The notes beneath the pieces are model-generated. The model worked only from the letters and a program-made list of their open reading frames with translations, was not told where the DNA came from and searched no databases. This document shows positions 10,001 through 18,690 of a DNA stretch of 21,201 bases, piece by piece; position 1 is the first letter of the stretch; each line of letters starts with the position of its first letter. The position numbers were made by a program, and so were the translations under genes. The stretch lies in assembly GCF_004010195.1 (NCBI RefSeq), contig NC_057728.1, positions 54,569,622-54,590,822 on the forward strand. Direction: 5' to 3'. Origin of the DNA: Chiloscyllium plagiosum. Lineage: Eukaryota.

Positions 10001-10209
10001 GGGCTTGTGGTGCAGTGGCAGTGTTCCTATCTCTAGACTAGGAGACCTGGGTTCAAGTTCCACCTGATCCAGAAGTTTGCAGTACGATCTCTGAACAGGT
10101 TGGTTAGAAAATATCTATAGTGATGATGTTGGGGTGGTACAGTGTACTGTCCCTATCCCTGGCCTGGGTTCAAGTCCCACCTGCTCCAGGGGTGTGTAAT
10201 AAAAATCAA
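10001..10209 (+). mobile_element. Two tandem short tRNA-derived SINEs (10001-10115, 10133-10209)
   Basis: Each has GTGGT(G/A)CAGTG...CCTATC...CCTGGGTTCAAGT(T/C)CCACCTG, i.e. A-box and B-box. Confidence 0.7.
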
Positions 10210-10464
10210 TATAATGATGAACTTGGTGAATTAGTAATTCAGTGACTCAGGTTAATGTTTTAGGACCACTGAATCAAATCCCAACATGGCAGATTGTGAA
10301 ATCAGATTTCAATAAAATCTAGAATTTAAAGCATACCCCAATGATCATTATGAAACCCTTGCCCATTGTTCTAATAAAAACACTGATGCCCTTTTGGAAG
10401 GAAATGTGTCATCCTCACCTGGTCTGGCTTATACGTGATTCCAGATGCCAGATCCACAGCAATG

Positions 10465-10817
10465 CATGAGGGACGTTGGTAGGGTAAATAGACAAGACCT
10501 TTTCCCTGGGGTGGGGGAGTCCAGAACTAGAGGACACGGGTTTAGGGTGGGAGGGAAAAAATTTAAAAGGGAATTAATGGGCAACTTTTTCATGCAGAGG
10601 ATGGTACGTGCATGAAATGAGCTACCAGAGGAAGTGGTGGAGCTGGTACAATTGCAACATTTAAAAAGCATCTGGATGGGTATATGATTAGGAAGGATTT
10701 TGAGCAATATGGGCTAAGTGCTGGCAAGTGGGACTAGATTAGGTTGGGATATCTGGTTGACCTGGATGAGTTGGATTGAAGGGTCTGTTTCCGTGCTGTA
10801 TATCTCTATGACTCTAT
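10465..10817 (+). mobile_element. CR1 LINE 3' end
   Basis: Homologous to 5187-5546 and ends in CTCTATGACTCTATG. Confidence 0.92.
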
Positions 10818-11074
10818 GCCTCTTTAACCGCCCTCTATGCACATACAGAGGGTGACAAATGCTGGCTTGGCCCACAACATCCACATCCTATGAGCAACCT
10901 TTTAAAAGTTTGGGAACTGTGTTGGGGATGTATTGCAGAAACTGGAAAATCTTTGAATTTACCCTGAAACTCCTCGCAGAGATACCACAATAAGATAGAA
11001 CTGCATGTGTAACACTTTTTGTGACCATTCACCATCTCGAAGCATGTTCGAGCCTTAATGCTGAAACTCAATTG

Positions 11075-11170
11075 CTGCTAGAAGCAGAGCAGCCAATTAG
11101 GACACAGCAAGCTCATACAAACAGCAAAGTGGGAATGACCAGATAGCATATTTTTGTGATATTCATTGAA
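11075..11170 (-). mobile_element. Deu-domain fragment
   Basis: GCAGCCAATTAGGACACAGCAAGCTCATACAAACAGCAAAGTG...ATGACCAGATA is the reverse complement of the block at 7518-7575. Confidence 0.6.
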
Positions 11171-11364
11171 CTTAAAAAGGGACGATTAACTCAAAGATTT
11201 GTGTCTTGCATTCATTAGGACTATAATACTCACAAACCAACTTGGAAAGGAAACACCAACCTTACAATTCAAAAGTGCAAATTAATTTGCTGGTAGGCGG
11301 CATGGTGATGTGGTTTTAACCGAGTTGATTAACTGGTCCAATTGAAACCAGGCAAATCGGTTCT

Positions 11365-12165
11365 CAGCATAGGGACACAAGAAGGTAATTTAGCCACTTG
11401 AGTCTACTCCAACATTTGATGAGATCATGGCTTATTTGTAGCCTAACTCCACATACCTGCCTTTGGCCCAAACCCCTTAATACCTTTGCTCAACAAAAAT
11501 TTAATCTATCTCATATTTAAAACTAACAACTGATCCTCCATCTACTGCCATTTGTGGAAGGAAGTTCCAAACGTCTATCATCTCTATGATGGGGTGGCAT
11601 CGTGGCTCAGTGGTTAGCACTGCTGCTTCACAATACTAGGGTCCCAAGTTCAATTCCAGCCTCAGGCGACTGTCTGTGTGGAGTTTGCACATTCTCCCTG
11701 TGTCTGTGTGGGTTTCCTCCCACAGTCCAAAGATGTGCAGGTCAGGGTGAATTGGCGATGCTCAATTGCCCATCGTGTTAGGTGCATTAGTCAGAGGGAA
11801 ATGGGTTTGAGTGGGTTACTCTTTGTAGGGTTGGTGTCGACCTGTTGGGCCTGTTTCCACACTGTAGGGAATCTAATCACCCTTTGTGTGTGGAAGTATT
11901 TCCTAACGTCTCTCCTGAATGGTCTAGTCCTAATTCTCAGACTATGCCCCCAGTTCTAGAACCCCCAACCACTGGAAACAGTTTCTCTTTATATACCCTG
12001 ATCTTTCCAGTTAATATCTTGAAGACTTCCATTGGATCACTGCTTAACCTTCTAAATTCCAGAGAAAACTGGCCTATTTTGTATAATTTCTTCCTGAAGT
12101 CCACGTATCATTCTCGTAAACCTTTGTTGTTCACCCTCCATGGCCAATCTATTCTTCCTAACATA
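11365..12165 (-). mobile_element. CR1 LINE 3' region, interrupted by a V-SINE
   Basis: Reverse-complement CR1 ORF2 C-terminus (EVFKILTGK, VLELGHSLRI, YFHTQRV, VWNFLPQ) and 3' UTR. Same subfamily as 13000-13192. Confidence 0.8.
11591..11878 (+). mobile_element. V-SINE (HE1-like)
   Basis: tRNA head GTGGCTCAGTGGTTAGCACTGCTGC...GTTCAATTCC, V-domain CTGTGTGGAGTTTGCACATTCTCCC...GGGTTTCCTCC, and CR1-like tail GGGCCTGTTTCCACACTGTA. Confidence 0.9.
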
Positions 12166-12166
12166 G

Positions 12167-12260
12167 CGTCACTTGATTCAAAACGTAAACCCTGTTTGCT
12201 CTCCACAGATGCTGCCAGACTTGCTGAGTTTCTGGTATACTTTCTGTTTCTGTCTGATTG
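12167..12260 (+). mobile_element. PLE family C pLTR fragment
   Basis: GTCACTTGATTCAAAACGTAAAC...CTCTCCACAGATGCTGCCAGACTTGCTGAG is similar to 3811-3905. Confidence 0.65.
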
Positions 12261-12354
12261 TTCAGGGCATTGCCATGGGGATGCAGCAGGAACTGGTTAT
12301 TTCCAAAGCCCTTTCCTCAGTGAAGGAGGTACAATATGGAGATGAAAATGCGAC

Positions 12355-12502
12355 AACTCACCTGGAAGAACTCCCCTGTTCTTCTTAGGATCTTTTGCAT
12401 TCAGATGAACAGACTGACAGGGCCTCAGCTTAGTATCTCATCTGAAATCCAGCACAAGAGAATCCAGCACTCGTTTGGTACTGGGCTGGAATATCAGCTG
12501 AA
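12355..12502 (-). mobile_element. DeuSINE fragment
   Basis: GAACTCCCCTGTTCTTCTT...GGATCTTTTGCATTCA...GGGCCTCAGCTTAGTATCTCATCTGAAA is similar to 4420-4510. Confidence 0.55.
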
Positions 12503-12693
12503 AACAAAATTGAAAACCAATCCTTCTTGAACAGATTTATGATTTATGTGTATGTAATGCATATATTCTAGCCCATTTCTTTATAAACAGATGTGTTAAC
12601 CATAATAAAGTGATAGTAGGGAGCACTTCTACACTCAAAAGGTGGCAGAGTTCCAAATCTCTTCCACAAATCCCGGACAAGCCCTTGGTTTTT

Positions 12694-12995
12694 GGGCGGC
12701 ACGGTGGCACAGTGGTTAGCACTGCTGCCTCACAGCGCCAGAGACCCGGGTTCAATTCCCGCCTCAGGCGACTGTCTATGTGGAGTTTGCACTTTCTCCC
12801 CGTGTCTGTGTGGGTTTCCTCTGGGTGCTCCGGTTTCCTCCCCAGTCCAAAAATGTGGAGGTTAGGTGAATTGGCCATGCTAAATTGCCCGTAGTGTTAG
12901 GTGAAGGGGTAAATGTAGGGGAATGGGTCTGGGTGGGTCGGAGTGGACTTGTTGGCCCGAAGGGCCTGTTTCCACACTGTAAGTAATCTAATCTA
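12694..12995 (+). mobile_element. Full-length young V-SINE (HE1-like)
   Basis: Intact A-box (TGGCACAGTGG) and B-box (GGTTCAATTCC), complete V-domain and (TAATC)n tail. Confidence 0.95.
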
Positions 12996-12999
12996 AGAA

Positions 13000-13192
13000 A
13001 AATGGCAGCTGATACGAGGTTAGTTGTTAATTTAAAAATCTGAGCAGATACGTTTTTGTTTAACAAAGAAATTGTGGGCTATGGGCCAATGACGATGTAT
13101 GGAGTTAGGTCACAGATCAGTCATGACCTCACTGTATGCTTGAGGAGCTAAATGGCCTACTTCTGTTCCTGTGTTCCCATGTTCCTATGTTA
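13000..13192 (+). mobile_element. CR1 3' end
   Basis: Reverse complement resembles 11370-11550. Ends AATGGCCTACTTCTGTTCCTGTGTTCCCATGTTCCTATG. Confidence 0.75.
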
Positions 13193-13219
13193 CTGTACAG
13201 TTCAATTACAGATTATGTA

Positions 13220-13416
13220 GGAGGAGAAAGTGAGGTCTGCAGATGCTGGAGATCAGAGCTGAAAATGTGTTGCTGGAAAAGCGCAGCAGGTCAGGCAGCA
13301 TCCAGGGAACAGGAGAATCGACGTTTCGGGCATAAGGGCTTATGCCTGAAACGTCGATTCTCCTGTTCTCTGAATGCTGCCTGACCTGCTGCGCTTTTCC
13401 AGCAACACATTTTCAG
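13220..13416. mobile_element. PLE family A near-perfect palindromic insertion with 14-bp TSD
   Basis: 78-bp arms at 13259-13336 and 13339-13416 with a 2-nt loop. Perfect TSD TTACAGATTATGTA at 13206-13219 and 13417-13430. 39-nt unpaired tail. Confidence 0.92.
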
Positions 13417-13792
13417 TTACAGATTATGTACACAAGTATTATAAAACAGATCCTTATAAATTTATGACTGAGCTATAGACAGTACAAATTAAGGTGGTAA
13501 ATGATTTCTTCATGAAGGAGTTTATGATTTAATTATTGAGACAACACATCGATTGTGAGTTGAATAAAGTTTTATTATTTTACTACATTATCACTGACAA
13601 AGATTGTAAATTAATTCCTAACTTAATTGATGGACAACACAGTTAGAACTTGTAACTGGGTCTTAACAAATGGCTTAGAATCAGCGAATTATCTGGACTG
13701 CACAGAGATCATTCTCAGTGTTGTTTCTTTAAAACAGCTCTCCATTAGCCCGACTCCTTTGTAACTGCTCCACAGAATGGTGTGGTGAATAT

Positions 13793-14204
13793 TGTAGTGC
13801 CGGGTAACGAGGTCACCCAGGAGGTCACCCGCTCATAGAATATGAGTTCCCTGACTGGGACTGTTAGTCTGGTCCAATCAGGGAACCCTGGCTGACAGAT
13901 ATAAACAGGAATGTCAGAAGTTCTGGGTCGAGGGAATGGAGCTGGAAAAGCACAGCTGGTCAGGCAACATTCGAGGAGCAGGAGAGTCGAATTTTTCCTG
14001 CTCCTCGGATGCTGCCTGATCGGTTGTGCTTTTCCAGCACCACACTCTTGACTCTGATCTTCAGCATCTGCAGTCCTTACTTCCTCCCAGTGTCAGAGGT
14101 TCTGTCCACTCTGAGAGCTGGTACTGAGGAAGCCGGATCAGTGTCAGATATTGTGCATATATAAATAAAGGGTGAATTGATGGTGGGATACTGGAGTTAT
14201 TTCA
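13793..14204 (+). mobile_element. Solo LTR (TG...CA), interrupted at 13926-14090
   Basis: Begins TGTAGT and ends ATTTCA. CCAAT (13874), TATAAA (13900) and AATAAA (14164) occur in U3-R order. No clean TSD and no internal ORFs. Confidence 0.65.
13926..14090. mobile_element. PLE family A fold-back insertion inside the LTR
   Basis: Arms ~13926-13985 and ~13995-14053, tail 14054-14088. TSD TGTCAGAAGTTCTG (13912-13925) / TGTCAGAGGTTCTG (14091-14104). Confidence 0.85.
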
Positions 14205-14615
14205 ATCATGTTACTGGATTAATGAAGCTAGGCTATTACTTTGGGGTCATGGGTTCAATTCCTGCCACAACAGCCACTAGAACTTAAACTCAATTAATAA
14301 ATCTAGAATTGAAACTATTATCAATTGTCATAAAAACCCATCTAGTTCACCAATATCCTTGAGGGAAGACAATGTGACTTCTGCACTGAGCTCACATGTG
14401 TCTCCAAATTCACAGTAATGTTGTTAACCCTGACCTGTCCTCTGAAATGTCCAGGCCATATAAGGACAATGGGGTAAAAACAATGACTGCAGATGGTCGA
14501 TTTTGCCTGTCCTCGGATGCTGCCTGAATTGCTGTGCTCTTCCAGCACCACTAATCCATATAAGGACAATGCATATTGGCTCTGCCAGGCAACACCCTCA
14601 TGAAATAATAAAAGA
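14205..14615 (+). mobile_element. tRNA-headed SINE-like repeat (family of 2435-2730)
   Basis: GGGTTCAATTCC B-box, AAAAACCCATCTAGTTCACCAATATCCTTGAGGGAAG body and CACCCTCATGAAATAATAAAA tail. Confidence 0.65.
14472..14555. mobile_element. 84-bp PLE pLTR-derived inverted micro-insertion with 16-bp direct repeat
   Basis: CCATATAAGGACAATG at 14456-14471 and 14556-14571. The insert is a 24-nt reverse tail (...ACTGCAGATG) plus a forward pLTR piece (CCTCGGATGCTGCCTGAATTGCTGTGCTCTTCCAGCACCAC). Confidence 0.8.
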
Positions 14616-14624
14616 AATTCTGCA

Positions 14625-14895
14625 AATTCGTTCCTTTTGAAGTATTCATCCAACTCCTTTTCAGAAGTTGATGCAAAATATGCTTTTACTATAGGCAGTG
14701 AGCTCCAGATTAAATAACTGCAGCATAAAAATATTTCTCTTGCTGTCTTATCATTTTGTTTTTACTAGTTACCTTTGAAGTGTGCCCTACACCTATGGAC
14801 TGTCCTACAAAAGGAAACAGTTTCTCCTGCTTTTCTCAATCAAAACTCTTTGCCACTTTCAACAGTTCTATTAAATCCTCTCTTAAACTTCTATA
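14625..14895 (-). mobile_element. Decayed CR1 fragment
   Basis: AAGTATTCATCCAACTCCTTTT...GGCAGTGAGCTCCAGAT...GGAAACAGTTTCTC...ATTAAATCCTCTCTTAAACTTCT are reverse-complement CR1 C-terminal words. Confidence 0.5.
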
Positions 14896-15024
14896 GCTTA
14901 ATTGCAAATAATTATTTAATTACAGAAAATTATTTAATTATGGCTAAGATTACGATGAGTTCTTTCACTTAACGGCTGTTTGATCATTTGAATAATATTA
15001 AAACTCATTTTTGATGCGTTAATC

Positions 15025-15315
15025 AGCGAAGATTGGGTGAGCTGGGGCAGATGAGACTGAGGGGGTGACCTGCTAAGATTATGAAAGTTCTTGCTAGGCA
15101 AGCAGATAGAAGATGTTCCCACTTGTGGGTGAGACCACAACCTGAGGCAATAAACATAAAACACTGACTCATAAATTCAACAGCAAGTTCATGAGAAATG
15201 TCTATTATCAGAGAGTGGTGAGAAAATAGAATTTGTGACCACAAGTTCAGACACACAGCACTGATTGATTTAAAGGGAAGCTGGATAAGCATGTGGAGTG
15301 TGGGAAATGGGGAAG
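15025..15315 (+). mobile_element. Decayed CR1 fragment
   Basis: GACTGAGGGGGTGACCTG...AGATGTTCCCACTTGTGGGTGAGACC...CAGAGAGTGGTGAGA...TTTAAAGGGAAGCTGGATAAGCA. Confidence 0.6.
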
Positions 15316-15816
15316 TGTTACACTGAAGCAGTAGGAAGTTTTGCAACACAAAAGAACCCCACAGCAGATGCAATGAAAACGGAAAGATTTTTATGTTCAG
15401 CAAATCCTTTCATAATCGTTGCGACGTCTGTTGAGCCTCAATCTTTTCTCTCCTGGAAGAAACCGGCAGATGTTTCTTACACCATTTTTGAAATGGAGCT
15501 GACCTCATCAATGATGGTAACAGGGACATTAAGGCTAGTGACCCCACTTTAAAGTCTGGTAATGCCCTGTTAAGGCTGGAAGATTTAAGTGGATGTTAAC
15601 CATGATAACCCGATGGACACAGCATTTCAAAAGCGGCACATTAAGCTCCACCATTACTTTCTCTGACTACGTCATGCTCAGCCCCAGTGTGAAACAGATA
15701 AAGATTCAACGAGTGGCAGGACTATGTGTTAATCATTGTAAATGGGAGGTTTACTTAGGCCGTCTGTTCCAACCCTTGACCCTCAATGTAAACAGGAAAT
15801 TAGAGGGAAAGCAGTG

Positions 15817-15957
15817 AAGCTTATCCAGAGGGGAGTCATATTTTAACCAGTACACTTTCAATTAAAGAGCAGGCCAGTGACCCTTCCTTTTCTTAAAAGC
15901 ATGTAAGGCAGACTGCTCTTTGTACGAGTTTGATTTATGATCCCTCTGGATAAGCTT
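15817..15957. repeat. Isolated 141-nt imperfect inverted repeat
   Basis: AAGCTTATCCAGAGGG (15817-15832) and CCCTCTGGATAAGCTT (15942-15957) pair perfectly over 16 bp. Nested pairs are TCATA/TATGA, GTACA/TGTAC and AAAGAGCAG (15864-15872)/CTGCTCTTT (15913-15921). Confidence 0.85.
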
Positions 15958-16221
15958 AAGCGAGAGCCACATTCCAACTCCTCATCCCTGATATACAACA
16001 CAGAAACACAAGGCTGGTCAGCCAAAGGAGAAGTCTTAAAGGCAGCAGTCACACTGATGAAGGTTGTTACTGCAAGGGAAGTGAGGAAACTACGATGGCA
16101 GGCAGGAGGATTCAGTTCCTCTTGAAGACAATGCACCAACAGACACTTCAGCAGTATACATCAGCAACTAATCCCTGGGAAAATGAATCTTGTGAAGGAA
16201 TCCCCAGACTTATTTCTCATT

Positions 16222-16710
16222 AATTTATTCTTTCACAGGATGTGGGCGTCATTGGCAAGGCCAATGTTTGAATCCCATCCCCAATTTGTCTTTGAGAAGG
16301 TGGTGGTGGGCTGCTTTTATGGACCTGGACTGTTGCAGTATGTCTGAAATAGGGACAGTGCTAATAGGCAGGGAATTCCTAACCCAGTGACAGTGAAGGA
16401 ATGGCAACATATTTCCAATGCACTTTGTTGCAACTGCTTGGAGGGGAACTTGCAATTGGTCATGTCCCGATGTGTCTGATGCTCTTGTCCCCTTCAGTGT
16501 TAGGGCTCACACAGTTGGGAGGTCTTATCAAAGGATGGTCAATGATTTGCTGCAGTGCATCTTGTAGACAGTACACACTGCTGCCACTTTGCTTTGGTGG
16601 TGAAGGGGATGAATGGTTAGATTACAAAGCCTAAAGTTTAGTAGACTGCTCTATTCCGGATAGAGTCAAAGCTTCTGGAGTGTTATGGGAGCTGCACTCA
16701 TCCAGACTAG
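16222..16710 (-). mobile_element. Older copy of the LINE 3' region seen at 8090-9070
   Basis: GGATGTGGGCGTCATTGGCAAGGCCA...TTGAGAAGGTGGTGGTG...CAGTGAAGGAATGGCAACATATTTCCAA...GAGCTGCACTCATCCAG is colinear with 8110-8775. Confidence 0.8.
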
Positions 16711-18422
16711 TGTTGGTGGAAAAACTCAGCAGGTCTAGTAGCATCTGTGGAGAGAAATCAGAGTTTCAGGCCCAGTGACCCTTCTTCAGAACTGATGGTA
16801 GTGAGGAAAAGGTTGGTATATCTGCCAGAGAAGGTGTGGGGAGGGGAGGGAGAGACAGTAAATGATAGGTGGAGATGGGGCCGAGAGAGAGAGAGAGAGA
16901 GAAAGACAGTTGGGCAGACAAAATACTGGGTAAAGGTCAGCCTGGGAGAATCTGGGAGCTGCTAATGGGGTCTCCTAGTGGCTGACAATGAGTGGCATGT
17001 GCCAGCAACTCATGTCAAGGTAAGGCCTGGTGTGTAGAGTTTGGGGTAAAATTATTGAATTCGATATTAAGTCCAGAGGGAAGCAGGGTCCCCAGTGGAA
17101 AATGAGATGCTGTTCTTCCAGCTTGCGCTGAGCTTCACTGGAGCACTGCAACAAGTCTGAGAGAGAGAGAGAGATGTTGGCCAAGGAACATGGTGATGTG
17201 TTGGAGTGAAGGGCAACCGGAAGCTTAGGGTTTTTTTTGTGAACAGAATGCAGGTGCTTCACAAAACAATCACCCAGTCTACACTTCATCTCCCCAATGT
17301 AGGGGACGCTGCCTTTTGAGCATTGAATACAGTCGACTCGACCGAGTGGGGTGCAGATAAACCATTGCTTTACCTGGAAGGTGTGCCTGGGGCCTTAGAT
17401 AGTGAGGAGGGAGGAAGCAAACGGACAAGTGATACACTTTCTGCGATTTCAGGGGAAGGTGCTGGGGGGTGTTGGGGGATGGTGTTGGGAGTGAAAGAGG
17501 AGTTGACCAGCGTGTCGCTGAGGGAATAGTTCCCGTGGAAGGCCGACAGGGGAGGAGAGGAAGATATGTGTCTGGTATGGCAGCTTGCTGGAGGTGATGG
17601 AAATGGCACCTAATGATCTTTTGGCAGTGGATGCTGGTGGGGTGGTAGGTGAGGATGAGGGGGACCCTATCACTGTTAAGAGAGGGAGTGAGGGCTGAGG
17701 TGCGGGTGATGGGTCAGAGCCAGCTGAGGGCCCTGTCAACCACAGCAGGGAGGCCCCCTTGTCGAAGCTGACATCATCAGAACAGAGGAGAAAGTGAGGA
17801 CTGCAGATACGGGACAGTCAGAGTCAAAATGTATGGCACTGGAAAAGCACAGCAGGTCAGGCAGCATCCGAGGTGCAGGAGAGTCAACATTTCCGGCATA
17901 AGCCCTTCATCAGGAATGTGATGCCCAAAACATTGACTCTCCTGCTCCTCGGATGCTGGCTGACCTGCTGTGCTTTTCCAGTGCCACACTTTTCAACTCA
18001 TCATCAGAAGAGATACGATGGAGATGTATGAACTGGAGACTGGTATCGAGTCATTACAAGTGAAGCCGGGTGTGAGGATGTATAGTTCAAGTAACTATAA
18101 AGGTCAGTGGGTTTGTAGAGAATATTGGTGGCCAGCTTATCCCCAGAAATGGGAAAGGTGAGAGCAGGGTCAAAATTGGAAGTGGAATTGATAAACTGTT
18201 CCAATGCTGAATGAAACAGGGAAACAGCGTCGATGATGTCATTGATACAAGAAAGAGTTATGGGTGGGAGCCAGCGTAGGATTGGAACAAGGAATATTCC
18301 GCATACCACACAAAAAGACGGCAAAACTATGGGTATCCATGGCCACCCTTTGACCTGAAGAAAGTGAGAGGAATTATACTTGTTCAAAGTGAGGATGAGC
18401 TCAGTCAGGTGGAGGAGGGTAG
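16711..18422 (-). mobile_element. Decayed Neptune-type Penelope-like element (family C), RT to pLTR, interrupted at 17783-17998
   Basis: Minus-strand remnants: NSSHFLQVKG, INDIIDAVS (YIDD region), YKPTDLYSYLNYTSSHP, NRRKCITC linker, RLGDCFVKHL...PVALH...RKLEEQHLIF. The pLTR has CTGAAGA-A-GGGTC-ACTG-GGCCT-GAAAC at 16763-16789. Confidence 0.88.
17783..17998. mobile_element. PLE family A fold-back insertion nested in the family C PLE
   Basis: Arms ~17821-17899 and ~17921-17999. TSD CATCATCAGAA at 17772-17782 and 17999-18009. Minus-strand hammerhead core CTGATGA-A-GGGC-TTAT-GCCG-GAAA. Confidence 0.88.
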
Positions 18423-18429
18423 TGGATTC

Positions 18430-18670
18430 AGTTCGGTTATGATGAGTTGCTCATAAAAGGCAAGATTACTGTTCCTGTATAGGACAGAAGGAGTGTTGCA
18501 GCACTTGAAATGGTGTCTTTTGAGAAACAAGATATTTCGAAGAAGCAACCGCGAGAGAATGTTTAATACCATGGCACTACTTTACAGAGGATTCTACTCT
18601 TTGGCCAATAATTACCCTTTCATTATTGCTGAAAAAGAACATATTTTGTTGTGGCTTTTCATCTTGCACT
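18430..18670 (+). mobile_element. Possible highly decayed DeuSINE 5'/central part
   Basis: CCATGGCACTACTTT...TGGCCAATAATTACCCT resemble Deu-domain words. Confidence 0.4.
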
Positions 18671-18690
18671 CAGGTCAATATGCAAGAAAA

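Larger units (their letters stand above)
9970..10895 (+). mobile_element. tRNA-headed SINE-like repeat (family of 2435-2730) hosting three nested insertions
   Basis: Head at 9970-10000 resumes at ~10227. Body runs to 10464 and resumes at 10818 after the CR1. Tail CCACATCCTATGAGC. Confidence 0.7.

Noticed and set aside
9984..10226. Three spaced direct repeats resembling a CRISPR-like array
   Set aside because: Vertebrate context, degenerate repeats, and 'spacers' that are homologous SINE copies.
11191..11221. Possible fourth, decayed hammerhead on the minus strand (GTC-CTAATGA-AT-GCAAG-AC-ACAA-ATCT-TT-GA)
   Set aside because: Both core boxes are mutated and there is no second copy in the window to confirm it.
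12694..12770. tRNA gene-like sequence
   Set aside because: It is the tRNA-derived head of a V-SINE and continues into the V-domain and LINE tail.
15298..16139. Cluster of short ORFs in non-repetitive-looking sequence
   Set aside because: No recognisable domains and no convincing splice-site pairs. Lengths are compatible with chance.
16883..17173. (GA)n tracts at ~16883-16902 and ~17159-17174
   Set aside because: Ordinary short microsatellite expansions inside a decayed PLE.
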